This document shows, piece after piece, positions 10,801-18,438 of a DNA stretch of 64,000 bases; the stretch's first letter is position 1, and each line of letters begins with the position of its first letter. A model generated the notes under the pieces. That model did no database searches. It was not told where the DNA came from and saw nothing but the letters and a program-made list of their open reading frames with translations. The stretch comes from Acholeplasmatales bacterium (GTDB taxonomy: Bacteria > Bacillota_I > Bacilli_A > Acholeplasmatales > Anaeroplasmataceae), in assembly GCA_900770055.1 (NCBI GenBank), contig CAAGJD010000129.1:10060-74059 (forward strand). The letters run 5' to 3'. The position numbers were made by a program, and so were the translations under genes.

Positions 10801-13426
10801 AAATCCTAAATATATTATTAAAAAGCCTAGAAAATTCTATAAAGATGGAAGGTTAGACCTTAATATGATGTCTAAAAGAGCTTCTAAAGATGAAAGAAAT
10901 AATATGCTTATTGATGTTATATGGGGTGTTTTAACTTCCCCAGCAGGCTCTAGACTCTCAATGATGCCTGGTTCCTATAATAATGTTAGTCATGGTTCTA
11001 GACAACAAAGAATATTACATGATATTAATGCTCTTCAGAAGTTTTTATCAGATACAAAAATTCAAAAGAAATTACAGGATATTACAGGAAATAAAGATTA
11101 TAAAGTTACTACGGAAAACCTATGGAAATCTTTAAATCTACTTTCAACGAAGGATTTAGATGCTTTTTATGAAGAAAATGCAACTATTCAAAGTCCTATG
11201 GATATTTTAGATTATGTTGATAATCATAGAAATCTTATGGATGGTAATGACCTTATTGGTAGATTTGCTGTGAACTCTAGTAATCACTATAAATTTCAAT
11301 TCTTAAATCTTAAAATTAAACCACAGTATAGATTTAAAATTAATGGTATAGAAATAAAGAGTATTGACAGTGTTGATTCTCCTATCACTGGAGTTAAAAT
11401 TGGTAGAATGTGTGCTGAATTTCAGGCTGCTTCTCCTGATAATGGTAAAGACCCTTGTCTAGGAGACTTAGGTGCTAATAGAAAAACTGTATCAAGAATT
11501 AGTTTTTTACTAAGAATTGGACTTGATGCACAAAGTATTGGAATAATAAATACTTCTGATAAATTAGTCTCATTAGGTAAAACATTAAGTAAAATGTCTA
11601 CACTGGGACTAAAAGGTACTAAAATAAATAATTTTGATCTTAATTTTGATAAAATTACTCAATACTTAGCAGACTATACTTTATTAGGAGAGGAAGGATT
11701 TTTAAATAAGTATGGTACTGGTGATTTCCAATATATCAAGGATTATGCAGTATGGTTTGATACTATAGAAGGCCTTTCTAGTGAACTTAGTTCTGCCTCT
11801 ATTATATCTAGAAGTGATAGTATTAATGGTGCCTTGAGTATAAGTATTGCAGAAACTACTCAACAAAGACTCAAAGCTGAGGACTTTATTAAACTTACAA
11901 AAAGTCCAGATAAAATGATTGATGGTCTAGAAGAATTAATTGATATTGATTTAGATGCTACTAATACTTCTAAAGAAGAGCTTAGAAATAAAATTCTTGG
12001 AAGCAAAATACCTAGACTTCAAGCTTTTTATACTTTAGGGCACAAAAGTGCAAGGTCTTTAGCTAAAAAATGGTTAGTACAAATGAATGATAATGTCTTT
12101 AATCTCGTTAAATTGCTTAGAGATGTGACTAAAGGCCCTTTAACTTATAATAGTGATATACCACTATTAAAGAAATTTTATAGTGAATTAACTATGTATA
12201 TGATGTCTTACGATTCTATATTCTCAACTGATACTAGTGGTAGGACTTTAATGGAAAAGAGAAATTATTACTTACATGATTTCCCTATGAAATTAAAGCA
12301 GTATCTTGAAGAAAAAGATAATAATAATGAGTATAAGCATAAGAAAATAAGAAATCTTAATTTTATAAAAAGACTATCTAATTCTAATAGAGAGGGTATT
12401 AAATTTAAGAATGTAAATAAAATTACTCTACAATCTAGAAAGCACTATGTTGAGGAGTTAGAGTCATTACTTAATATTGGGCCTGAAGAAGCAGAATTAG
12501 CTATGGATTTATTTATGTATGCCTATTATGATAGTGGTTTATCATTTAGACATAATAGCTTTGGTATATTCTTTACAACTGCATTTATGAGAGCTATACC
12601 TAGATATGTAAATAAATTACAAGAAGCTAATAACAGATTACAATCAGATTCACAATTTGCTATTAATTTTGTATACCAGTTTATGCTTAATCATCCAGAT
12701 ATTATTCCTAAAATACGCAGTAATGACTATACTAAAGTAGATAATAATACTATTAGAATACTTAGACAGGAAGATGGGTATTTTCCAAATAATATAGTGT
12801 CTGGTATTGATAGTTTGGGAGAACTTCTTAAAATAGTTAAAGTAGGTACGGATATTTATGTATTAGACAAAGGTAATACTCAAACTTCTTTAATCTATAC
12901 TAAAATGACTGAAAGAGTTCCAAATGATACTCTTTTCTATGATGCCTCAAAGAGTTTTGAAGAAATAGAATATAGTAAACTACAGGGTAGAGGATATATT
13001 ACTAATATACCAAAAAAAGATAAAAATAAAAATAGTATGAATAAGAAAAACATAAAGAATAGTGAAGTTCCTAATGATGAAAATGTGTCAAATTATGAAG
13101 TACCTAAAGAAAATGTATCTAGCTCTGATGTACCTAAAGAAGATATACTATTAGTTCCTACTGAAGGCACTTTAGGAGAAAATATAACAGATTCTGAAGT
13201 ACCTAAAGACAATACTCCTAATGATGATGAGATTGCACAGCAGGCGGATGCTGTGGATGCAGTTGAATATACACTTAAAAAATTAGCTGAAGATGTTGAG
13301 ATGGCACAAGCAGCAGTTTCTAATATGGCTAATTTAAATCAAAATGTTCCTGTAGAAAAGAAAAATGAAAAGGACATAAGTAATTTTGATGATGGACCAA
13401 CTAACCTTTGTGTATCTAAAGATTAA
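4898..13426 (+). CDS. Virion-packaged DNA-dependent RNA polymerase (crAss-like vRNAP, 2842 aa)
   Basis: GYRIPTE followed by MSGTDFDIDKL (10433-10447), the DFDID catalytic loop characteristic of crAss-like vRNAPs such as phi14:2 gp66; STDGQ motif; size. Confidence 0.92.
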   Translation: MGFKCASLSLKELETIKKNFNASIQNNEQFERTANSALKRIKEMTSIGDLNDAEIITTASLILTENPGMSIETLLSPSNADILNRGIAAQRNKKSEELEAFNNPMISNAAVKVLKPTTRITKETVRSQPRTLFVIGENIQAYNIVAKALGRTPITVSGVEEITDKEQQRTLTHITSSNTQAVIRTNTNGDFNPNVIGLPVKPTAFKNGKFTNEDEDQFQESQEGEFIAAINQFCDEVLKLLSTEDFDKVVFPAEFASSLARLRKPLADKMVEILNNKLGIQSQAIRIFPKGSQNWKGEWYKIEISQKQVNKKSSNKSKSNSNTKNKEQKEALKSLEAERPILSADITEIKEEDLNILSKVLPDIEERKARVDFINTLFSANLTSIINYYKAELAKMSPEEKAARGFDYLEKGLTKGSVAQQRIFALTNIEQDGLSLTNYIFKSIKDTMNTIVTLMENPDAIFNPNDPKENQITNIEFVVNNIILRTTTDADGNSVPDGLLAVEFDNQAYDYGWNKEQKRQYAFRRARILAKAFKVMLDEKIFKALLKDVAFDLLFNEGIRLDFSGIPTQTREGEDDEDLNESNIDANKEGYMIKYRLLNPDKTMSVRMKSAFANLYLTRANPDGSWSYVYDDLGQRIRMNPSLAYYTILEEFSEMTKPEDLDTIMEDAVNTYPWLNSIYDKVVLNPYNANEYDPNFRKEFFTTFRKSAIPYGMTTFDGTFTRLNMDAKSETFLHEITKAYEGREVLGDNSIYNADGQCNESNVKKLANLVNFSAKYITVGNKIKKTAKTNEELKKDHSIAWAYDILTNKNSKYRTSKNIIDAIKLLQGLDKDHPKISLEAMLNNLGVNTANINLGGILPDVSELSEENTLNTVLNTVTDKHISKISAIIEAARVITNQSEGETGGFHKGDDLVAKFQSSYLSIGNALSMVSEAYTLATFRAPDGTDRFTYAAPDFISDFVNSVTSEDRESGSEYLEHNYGRFEFFRDKETKEWNNTLLGMLFHPNPQTGKYNVRDNFEYINMLAFGGNKDANSIGQANKHTMLQGFISMYYSANNDSDDNTYGWYTGPLISDVDACVMYKLPRFTGAGYQQQLITLITKVLEQEIDRVNAVDSGDNNLQIEFYNDSKSNARKFQFFPELNARREEILNTLGAMASDSAKEYAEQKQAYLESIIAELMQEKVSRFLNEFSEEEKGVLWASITKIAKKKQRDEEKLAEIEGREIKTLEEIFKEESIPNSEKIEIVNEKLEEFYYNNFFMHSQLIQVLGGDLAYYKNFRDFIKRFKQAYACGERLYARDEKGEPIVEHCMYSEDLYMVSNSWSSINKLLSADKTMTSLEKSILRGAINAFKNINSTDGQSFRTMKSFKKIFEARGMWTDAMEDAYNHIREGKSTPDDFLTLWHPIKPFVFSYEAKMINGRLEKVPVQHKNSEYLLNAIYSMLNVAMNKSPELQAIHQFMEDNDIDVLHFHSVVKEGFFGAVDINHDEKAFKEDFPNKSYKEYLEQQLELLKTGKISQEQYNKSISKYRFKNKEAAYKALQEQMGSKDNEGNIIKGEGNAIKLDENMDHVIPLDDYLIVQPSDDHLVDHEALFGSQLRNIIPADLPDDFTLTINGQTLNREEAVQYYNTIIADQLLDSFSKVDREFSNIEKLQKALLAKMENNPKYGPDVKQALELNEDKTAFKMPFNSPNLTNKIEELILSTFKNAIQKQTIDGGNVVLVSNYGLSDELHVQWKNAKTGKLITSKKDLENTPKEDLAVDHIPCYLPYTKKDMLKDFLVEQPDGTFILDFKKMESILGDESKKLLEIIGYRIPTEDKYSAMPLRIYGFMPSISGTTIMLPSDIITMSGTDFDIDKLFIMIRSIRRETHRAELRQAFLQWLNKNNPSGDESSAELLKGLLLKQLSEETDNKEIEEIKKAIEELESSKNINLSEVKKLLRSNKGLTEQEIASMEEQSELFSKFMEEIGFNYAYKNPKYIIKKPRKFYKDGRLDLNMMSKRASKDERNNMLIDVIWGVLTSPAGSRLSMMPGSYNNVSHGSRQQRILHDINALQKFLSDTKIQKKLQDITGNKDYKVTTENLWKSLNLLSTKDLDAFYEENATIQSPMDILDYVDNHRNLMDGNDLIGRFAVNSSNHYKFQFLNLKIKPQYRFKINGIEIKSIDSVDSPITGVKIGRMCAEFQAASPDNGKDPCLGDLGANRKTVSRISFLLRIGLDAQSIGIINTSDKLVSLGKTLSKMSTLGLKGTKINNFDLNFDKITQYLADYTLLGEEGFLNKYGTGDFQYIKDYAVWFDTIEGLSSELSSASIISRSDSINGALSISIAETTQQRLKAEDFIKLTKSPDKMIDGLEELIDIDLDATNTSKEELRNKILGSKIPRLQAFYTLGHKSARSLAKKWLVQMNDNVFNLVKLLRDVTKGPLTYNSDIPLLKKFYSELTMYMMSYDSIFSTDTSGRTLMEKRNYYLHDFPMKLKQYLEEKDNNNEYKHKKIRNLNFIKRLSNSNREGIKFKNVNKITLQSRKHYVEELESLLNIGPEEAELAMDLFMYAYYDSGLSFRHNSFGIFFTTAFMRAIPRYVNKLQEANNRLQSDSQFAINFVYQFMLNHPDIIPKIRSNDYTKVDNNTIRILRQEDGYFPNNIVSGIDSLGELLKIVKVGTDIYVLDKGNTQTSLIYTKMTERVPNDTLFYDASKSFEEIEYSKLQGRGYITNIPKKDKNKNSMNKKNIKNSEVPNDENVSNYEVPKENVSSSDVPKEDILLVPTEGTLGENITDSEVPKDNTPNDDEIAQQADAVDAVEYTLKKLAEDVEMAQAAVSNMANLNQNVPVEKKNEKDISNFDDGPTNLCVSKD

Positions 13427-13437
13427 ATTTTATTACT

Positions 13438-16400
13438 ATGAAAAAAGGATGTATTTATACGCCTGAAAGGGGAAGAGAGACATTTATAAAATTATCTAAA
13501 ACTTTTGGCAGAAAAAGAGCTGTAGAAATATATGGCAAAATTACTGGTTCAGATTTTCAAAGAGTATTTGGTGACTCAGTCTCATTTGATGAGACTGGGG
13601 TACCTACCTTTGAAAGTATTATGCAATTAAAAGAGATGCAAGACTTTATAGGCCAGGCTTCAATGGCTGATTATTTAAATAAACAGCAGCCACATGTGGA
13701 TGATACTCTGGCAAACGTTTCTTTCTTAACTAAGAAAGCAGAAGAATTTAATAATAATAATGAAGATTATATTGCTATAGTAGATTATGATAGTAAAGGA
13801 GGCTTAACTTTAGATATACAACCTAGAAACGAAGAAACTATAGCTATAGCATCTAATCAACAAGCTATCCAAAAAATAAATGAAAGAGCTTCTGAGATAT
13901 TAGCTCCTCTTGGTATTAGCATAGATATGCTTGATAGTTATCAGACATCTGTTGGTAGAGTTGGTCTTACTGAATTTACTAAAAGTAAAAATATTGCTGA
14001 TGGATTTAGTGTACTTATGGCAGTAGCTAATAATATGGAAGGCAGCAATGCTATATCTGAAGAATTTGCTCACTTTATTATAGGAGTAATGAGAGAAAAG
14101 CCTTTAATAGAAAGAAGTATTAACTATTTAAAAGATGAATCTCATGCTAGAGAGGTATTAGGAGAAGAGTTTGATGATGTTTATGAGTATTATGACGGTA
14201 ATATGGATTTAGTTGCTGAAGAAGCAGCAGGACATATATTTAAACAAGCTCTTCTAGACAGAATAAATAAAACTGATACAGTAAAGTCTACTCTTTTTAA
14301 AAGAATGGCTAACTTTATTATAAATCTATTTAAGAGATTAAATCCAGCATACTATCAAGATAGTATTAATAGGATATATAAAGATTATAGTAAATTAGCT
14401 GATAAAGTGCTTTCAGGTAAAATTACTATTAAGAAGTCAGATATTCAAAAGGCAAGAAGAGAAGCTTCATTTAATGCATTATCTGAAAGAGGGAAGGTAC
14501 AAATTAAAATTCTTAAAGATATAATAGAAAGGGCATATAAAAGTGCTGCATTACAAGACAATCTTGATGATATAAATAAAGGGGACATAACTCAAAAAAG
14601 TGCTGCAAGAAAATTTGCAGAACAAGTAAAAGATGCTATAACAAGGCATGTAAAAGAAGAAGAAACTATGGCTGCCATAGCTGAATTTCTCACATTAGCT
14701 CAAGAAAACATTAATGGATTATTTAACCAAATATCTAATCTTGAAGGTAAAAGTGCTAAGGATAAATTTACTATATTAAGAAATGCTCTTACTACTATAC
14801 AATCTTATCAAGAGACTATAAATGAACTTGAAGCCACTACATCGGAAGAATATATGTCTGATGAAGCAATAGCAGGGCAACAATTTATAGTGAGTGATAT
14901 GTCAAATAGTCTTGAAGAGTTTGAAGTGGATAATGAAGAGTTGCCTATAGATACTACAAATAAGAGTGCTTCTGAAATTGCTAATATTATACAAGAAGAA
15001 TCTAATAAATGGCAATTAAGTGATGATGAAACACATTATCAAAATACAGAAACAGGAGCAAAAAGTACTAGAGTAACTAAAACTATAGAAGCAGATAAAG
15101 AAGGTGAAGCTTTTAACCCTAAGGATCCATGGGCAACTCCATCTACTAATATAGGTACTGGCATGGATGAGCTTACTAGAGATTTTTTAGAAAATAAAAT
15201 TACTAAAGAAGCTGGTGGTAACTATACTATTAATGGGAAACAATTAGATGAAATATATCCTAATGCTACTAGAGAAGCTTTAAATAAATTTGTAAAACAA
15301 CTTGAGGAATTACGAAATAATCTTACAGCAAAAGGTATTACACTTATTTCAAGAGATATAATTGCTAACGGTACTATAGATACAATAGATGGTACAGGCA
15401 AAGTACATACTGTTAATGTTGCTGGTACTTTAGATTTACTTGGGTATGACGCTAATGGTAATTGGTATATCTATGATATGAAGACTCATAGAGGTATTGT
15501 AGATAGTAAAAAAGAGAAAAAATGGAGAAGGCAATTAAGTCTTTATAAACAATTTCTTGAAAATAAATATGGCATTAAAGTAAAAGAAATGGGTATCATA
15601 CCTATTAAAGTAGAATATCCTGTTCCTGAAGGATATGGTAATGGTACTACTAAATACACTGTAAGTAATGAGAGTAATGCTCCTGAATATAGTGGTAGAA
15701 GAAATAATCAACTTATAGCTAATGGTTCTGAGTTTAAAGATGCTAATCCTGTTCTGGAAGAAATTAAACCTATAAAGGAGATTGATCTAGATATTCAATA
15801 TAGGAAATTGGCGAATGACCATACTAATGGTATGGGAGGAGGAAGAGAACTATTAGTTAAAGCTGTTGCCAATACTAGAAAACTTTATGGTGAATTTTGT
15901 AAAAATTTTTCAGAAAAAGCAGTACCTGAGTTTTTAGAGTTCCTAAAACCCTTTGTAGGAGAAAATATAATAATAGCTGATGAATCTTGTCCAGGTAAAT
16001 TTAAAACTGTATCTATAAAAAGTATTATTGAAAGTTCTAAGAGTGACGTTACTTTAATGCAAAGATGGTTTACCTCTATGGCTGATAATCCTGATGCTTT
16101 ATTACAAATCTTTGATAAAGTAGTAAAGAGACAAAAAGACGAGTCTAGAATTAAAACTATAGAAAAAGCCCAAGAGATTTTAGCTTTAGGTAAACAATAT
16201 GAAAAACTAGGTATTACATCTTATAATTGGATGTTTGAGGAAGATAAGAAAAACTATATAAATAAGGAATATGACTTAGCGGCTTATAATAAAGCTAAAG
16301 AAGCTAAACTAAAAGAACTAGATTCTCAATATGGAGAACGTCCTGCTATAGGAAGCACTGAATGGAAAGAAAAAAATAAAGCTCGTAAAGAGTGGATAAA

Positions 16401-18381
16401 AGAAAATACTGAAGTAAAGAAAACTAGAATTGGAGGTATAACGTATATTCCACTTATAAGTAAATACCCATCAAAATACAATTCTCTAAATGAAACCCAA
16501 AAAGAGTTTTATGATAAGTGGATGAGTCTTAAATTAGAATTAGATAATCTTATAGGTAGTCAGCATACTCATCTTACCAACACTATTAAGATTAGAAAGA
16601 GTGGTATTGAAAGACTAAAAGGAGCTATGAGTGGCGAAGCTATTAGTAACTTTATTGAAAGCACTAAAGCTAAAATGATAAAAAGTTTTGATGATGATAT
16701 TACTTATAAAGATGCTAAAGGTATTAGAGGATTTGATGGTAGGGAAGTTATGAAATTACCCTTATATTATGTATATGGAGGTAAAGGGAATCAAGATGAC
16801 TTATCTACTGATGTAATAGGCACTCTTATTGCTTATGCTAATATGGCATATAATTATGACGCAATGAATCAAGTAGTTAATCCCCTTGAAATAGGTAGAG
16901 AAATAGTTATTAAAAATAGAAAAATAAATGCTACTAAAGGTGATAAACAACTATTTGAAACATTTAGATATGCAGGAAGAACAATTAAAAATCCTATTTA
17001 TGAAGATACTCAGGCATCAAACTTTAGGAAGGCTATTGATGATTTTTTTGAATCTAAAATATATAACAGGTATTTAAAAGATGCAGGAGAAATTGCAGGT
17101 ATAGATATTAATAAGGGAGCTAATATATTGCTTAAATTAGGAAGTACTGTTCAATTAGGTTTTAATCTTCTTGCTAATCTAGCTAATGTGGGTACTGGTA
17201 TAGCTATGCAAAATATAGAAGCTGCTGCTGGTGAGTTTTTTAATGCCAGAGAATTAGCAGCTGCTGATCTTATATTTGCTAAAGAAATGCCTGCATATTT
17301 AGGAGATATAGGACAAAGAACTACTAAGAGTAAACTTGCCCTATTTGACCAAATGTTTGATGTAAGACAAAACTTTAAGTCTAAAATAAAGAAAACAAAC
17401 TTCTTAAATAAAACTATTCTTACTAGAATATTTGGACCTGGAATACAATATATAGGTCAAGATGCTGGAGACCATTGGTTATATAATAGAACTGCAATAG
17501 CAATAGCAAAAAGACATAAACTTAAGGACGCTAATGGCAATGAGATTTCTTTATGGGATGCTCTTGAAGAAGTTCCTATTGATGCAAATAATCCAAATGC
17601 AGGTAACAAATTAGTTCTAAAAGACGGCGTAACAAATGCAGATGGGAGTAGATTCTCTGTAAAAGATATATCAGAAATAAGTGGGCATATGAGATATGTT
17701 AATCAACACTTATTTGGTATATATAATGACGAGGACTCCATAGCTGCAAGAAGAGTGATTTGGGGTAGATTTTTAATGCAATACAGAGATTGGATACCTG
17801 CTCAATTTAGATATAGATTTGGTGCTAGAACAAGCAATTTAGAGAAAGGTGGTGGAGTAGAAGGTTACTATAGCACTACTGGAAGGTTTGCTAAACAAAT
17901 CTATGATGAACTAAAGCATGGAGAAAAAACTATAGGACAAGTATGGAATGACTTAGATGATTATGAGAGAGCCAATGTAAAAAGAGCTGTTGCAGAAGTA
18001 ACACAGTTAGCAGTAATGACATCTATAGCTTCTTTACTTGGAGGTGAAGATAAAGATAGACCTTGGGCATTAAGAGTTATATCATATTGGGCTGCTAGAG
18101 AAAAAACAGAATTAGGTGCTTTGGTGCCATTTATCCAAATGCCTAATGAAATTATTAAAATTGCAAAGTCTCCATTTGCTGCAACTAATGTTATTGATGA
18201 TATAACAGGTCTTACTGGATTACTTTGGCCCCCTAATTACTTTGATACTATAGAATCAGGTGATTATAAAGACCATAGTACTGCATATAAAGATTTTATG
18301 AAATCACCATTAACATTATGGTATAGAACTATAAAGAGAATGACTGAACCTGAAAAATCTGAAAAGTTCTTTAATCAATAA
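13438..18381 (+). CDS. Giant ejected cargo/polyvalent protein with a degenerate zincin domain and a PD-(D/E)XK nuclease domain
   Basis: EEFAH...EEAAG zincin-like motif; GTLDLL...IYDMKT...QLSLY RecB/Cas4-type motifs; adjacent to the vRNAP. Confidence 0.75.
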   Translation: MKKGCIYTPERGRETFIKLSKTFGRKRAVEIYGKITGSDFQRVFGDSVSFDETGVPTFESIMQLKEMQDFIGQASMADYLNKQQPHVDDTLANVSFLTKKAEEFNNNNEDYIAIVDYDSKGGLTLDIQPRNEETIAIASNQQAIQKINERASEILAPLGISIDMLDSYQTSVGRVGLTEFTKSKNIADGFSVLMAVANNMEGSNAISEEFAHFIIGVMREKPLIERSINYLKDESHAREVLGEEFDDVYEYYDGNMDLVAEEAAGHIFKQALLDRINKTDTVKSTLFKRMANFIINLFKRLNPAYYQDSINRIYKDYSKLADKVLSGKITIKKSDIQKARREASFNALSERGKVQIKILKDIIERAYKSAALQDNLDDINKGDITQKSAARKFAEQVKDAITRHVKEEETMAAIAEFLTLAQENINGLFNQISNLEGKSAKDKFTILRNALTTIQSYQETINELEATTSEEYMSDEAIAGQQFIVSDMSNSLEEFEVDNEELPIDTTNKSASEIANIIQEESNKWQLSDDETHYQNTETGAKSTRVTKTIEADKEGEAFNPKDPWATPSTNIGTGMDELTRDFLENKITKEAGGNYTINGKQLDEIYPNATREALNKFVKQLEELRNNLTAKGITLISRDIIANGTIDTIDGTGKVHTVNVAGTLDLLGYDANGNWYIYDMKTHRGIVDSKKEKKWRRQLSLYKQFLENKYGIKVKEMGIIPIKVEYPVPEGYGNGTTKYTVSNESNAPEYSGRRNNQLIANGSEFKDANPVLEEIKPIKEIDLDIQYRKLANDHTNGMGGGRELLVKAVANTRKLYGEFCKNFSEKAVPEFLEFLKPFVGENIIIADESCPGKFKTVSIKSIIESSKSDVTLMQRWFTSMADNPDALLQIFDKVVKRQKDESRIKTIEKAQEILALGKQYEKLGITSYNWMFEEDKKNYINKEYDLAAYNKAKEAKLKELDSQYGERPAIGSTEWKEKNKARKEWIKENTEVKKTRIGGITYIPLISKYPSKYNSLNETQKEFYDKWMSLKLELDNLIGSQHTHLTNTIKIRKSGIERLKGAMSGEAISNFIESTKAKMIKSFDDDITYKDAKGIRGFDGREVMKLPLYYVYGGKGNQDDLSTDVIGTLIAYANMAYNYDAMNQVVNPLEIGREIVIKNRKINATKGDKQLFETFRYAGRTIKNPIYEDTQASNFRKAIDDFFESKIYNRYLKDAGEIAGIDINKGANILLKLGSTVQLGFNLLANLANVGTGIAMQNIEAAAGEFFNARELAAADLIFAKEMPAYLGDIGQRTTKSKLALFDQMFDVRQNFKSKIKKTNFLNKTILTRIFGPGIQYIGQDAGDHWLYNRTAIAIAKRHKLKDANGNEISLWDALEEVPIDANNPNAGNKLVLKDGVTNADGSRFSVKDISEISGHMRYVNQHLFGIYNDEDSIAARRVIWGRFLMQYRDWIPAQFRYRFGARTSNLEKGGGVEGYYSTTGRFAKQIYDELKHGEKTIGQVWNDLDDYERANVKRAVAEVTQLAVMTSIASLLGGEDKDRPWALRVISYWAAREKTELGALVPFIQMPNEIIKIAKSPFAATNVIDDITGLTGLLWPPNYFDTIESGDYKDHSTAYKDFMKSPLTLWYRTIKRMTEPEKSEKFFNQ

Positions 18382-18383
18382 AT

Positions 18384-18429
18384 AAAATAAAAGGGAAGTA
18401 GAAATTAATCTACTTCCCTAATTTTTTTT
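18384..18429. terminator. Bidirectional intrinsic terminator between convergent cargo genes
   Basis: Perfect 11-bp stem AGGGAAGTAGA/TCTACTTCCCT with an A-tract on the left and a T-tract on the right. Confidence 0.9.
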
Positions 18430-18438
18430 ACTTTACTT

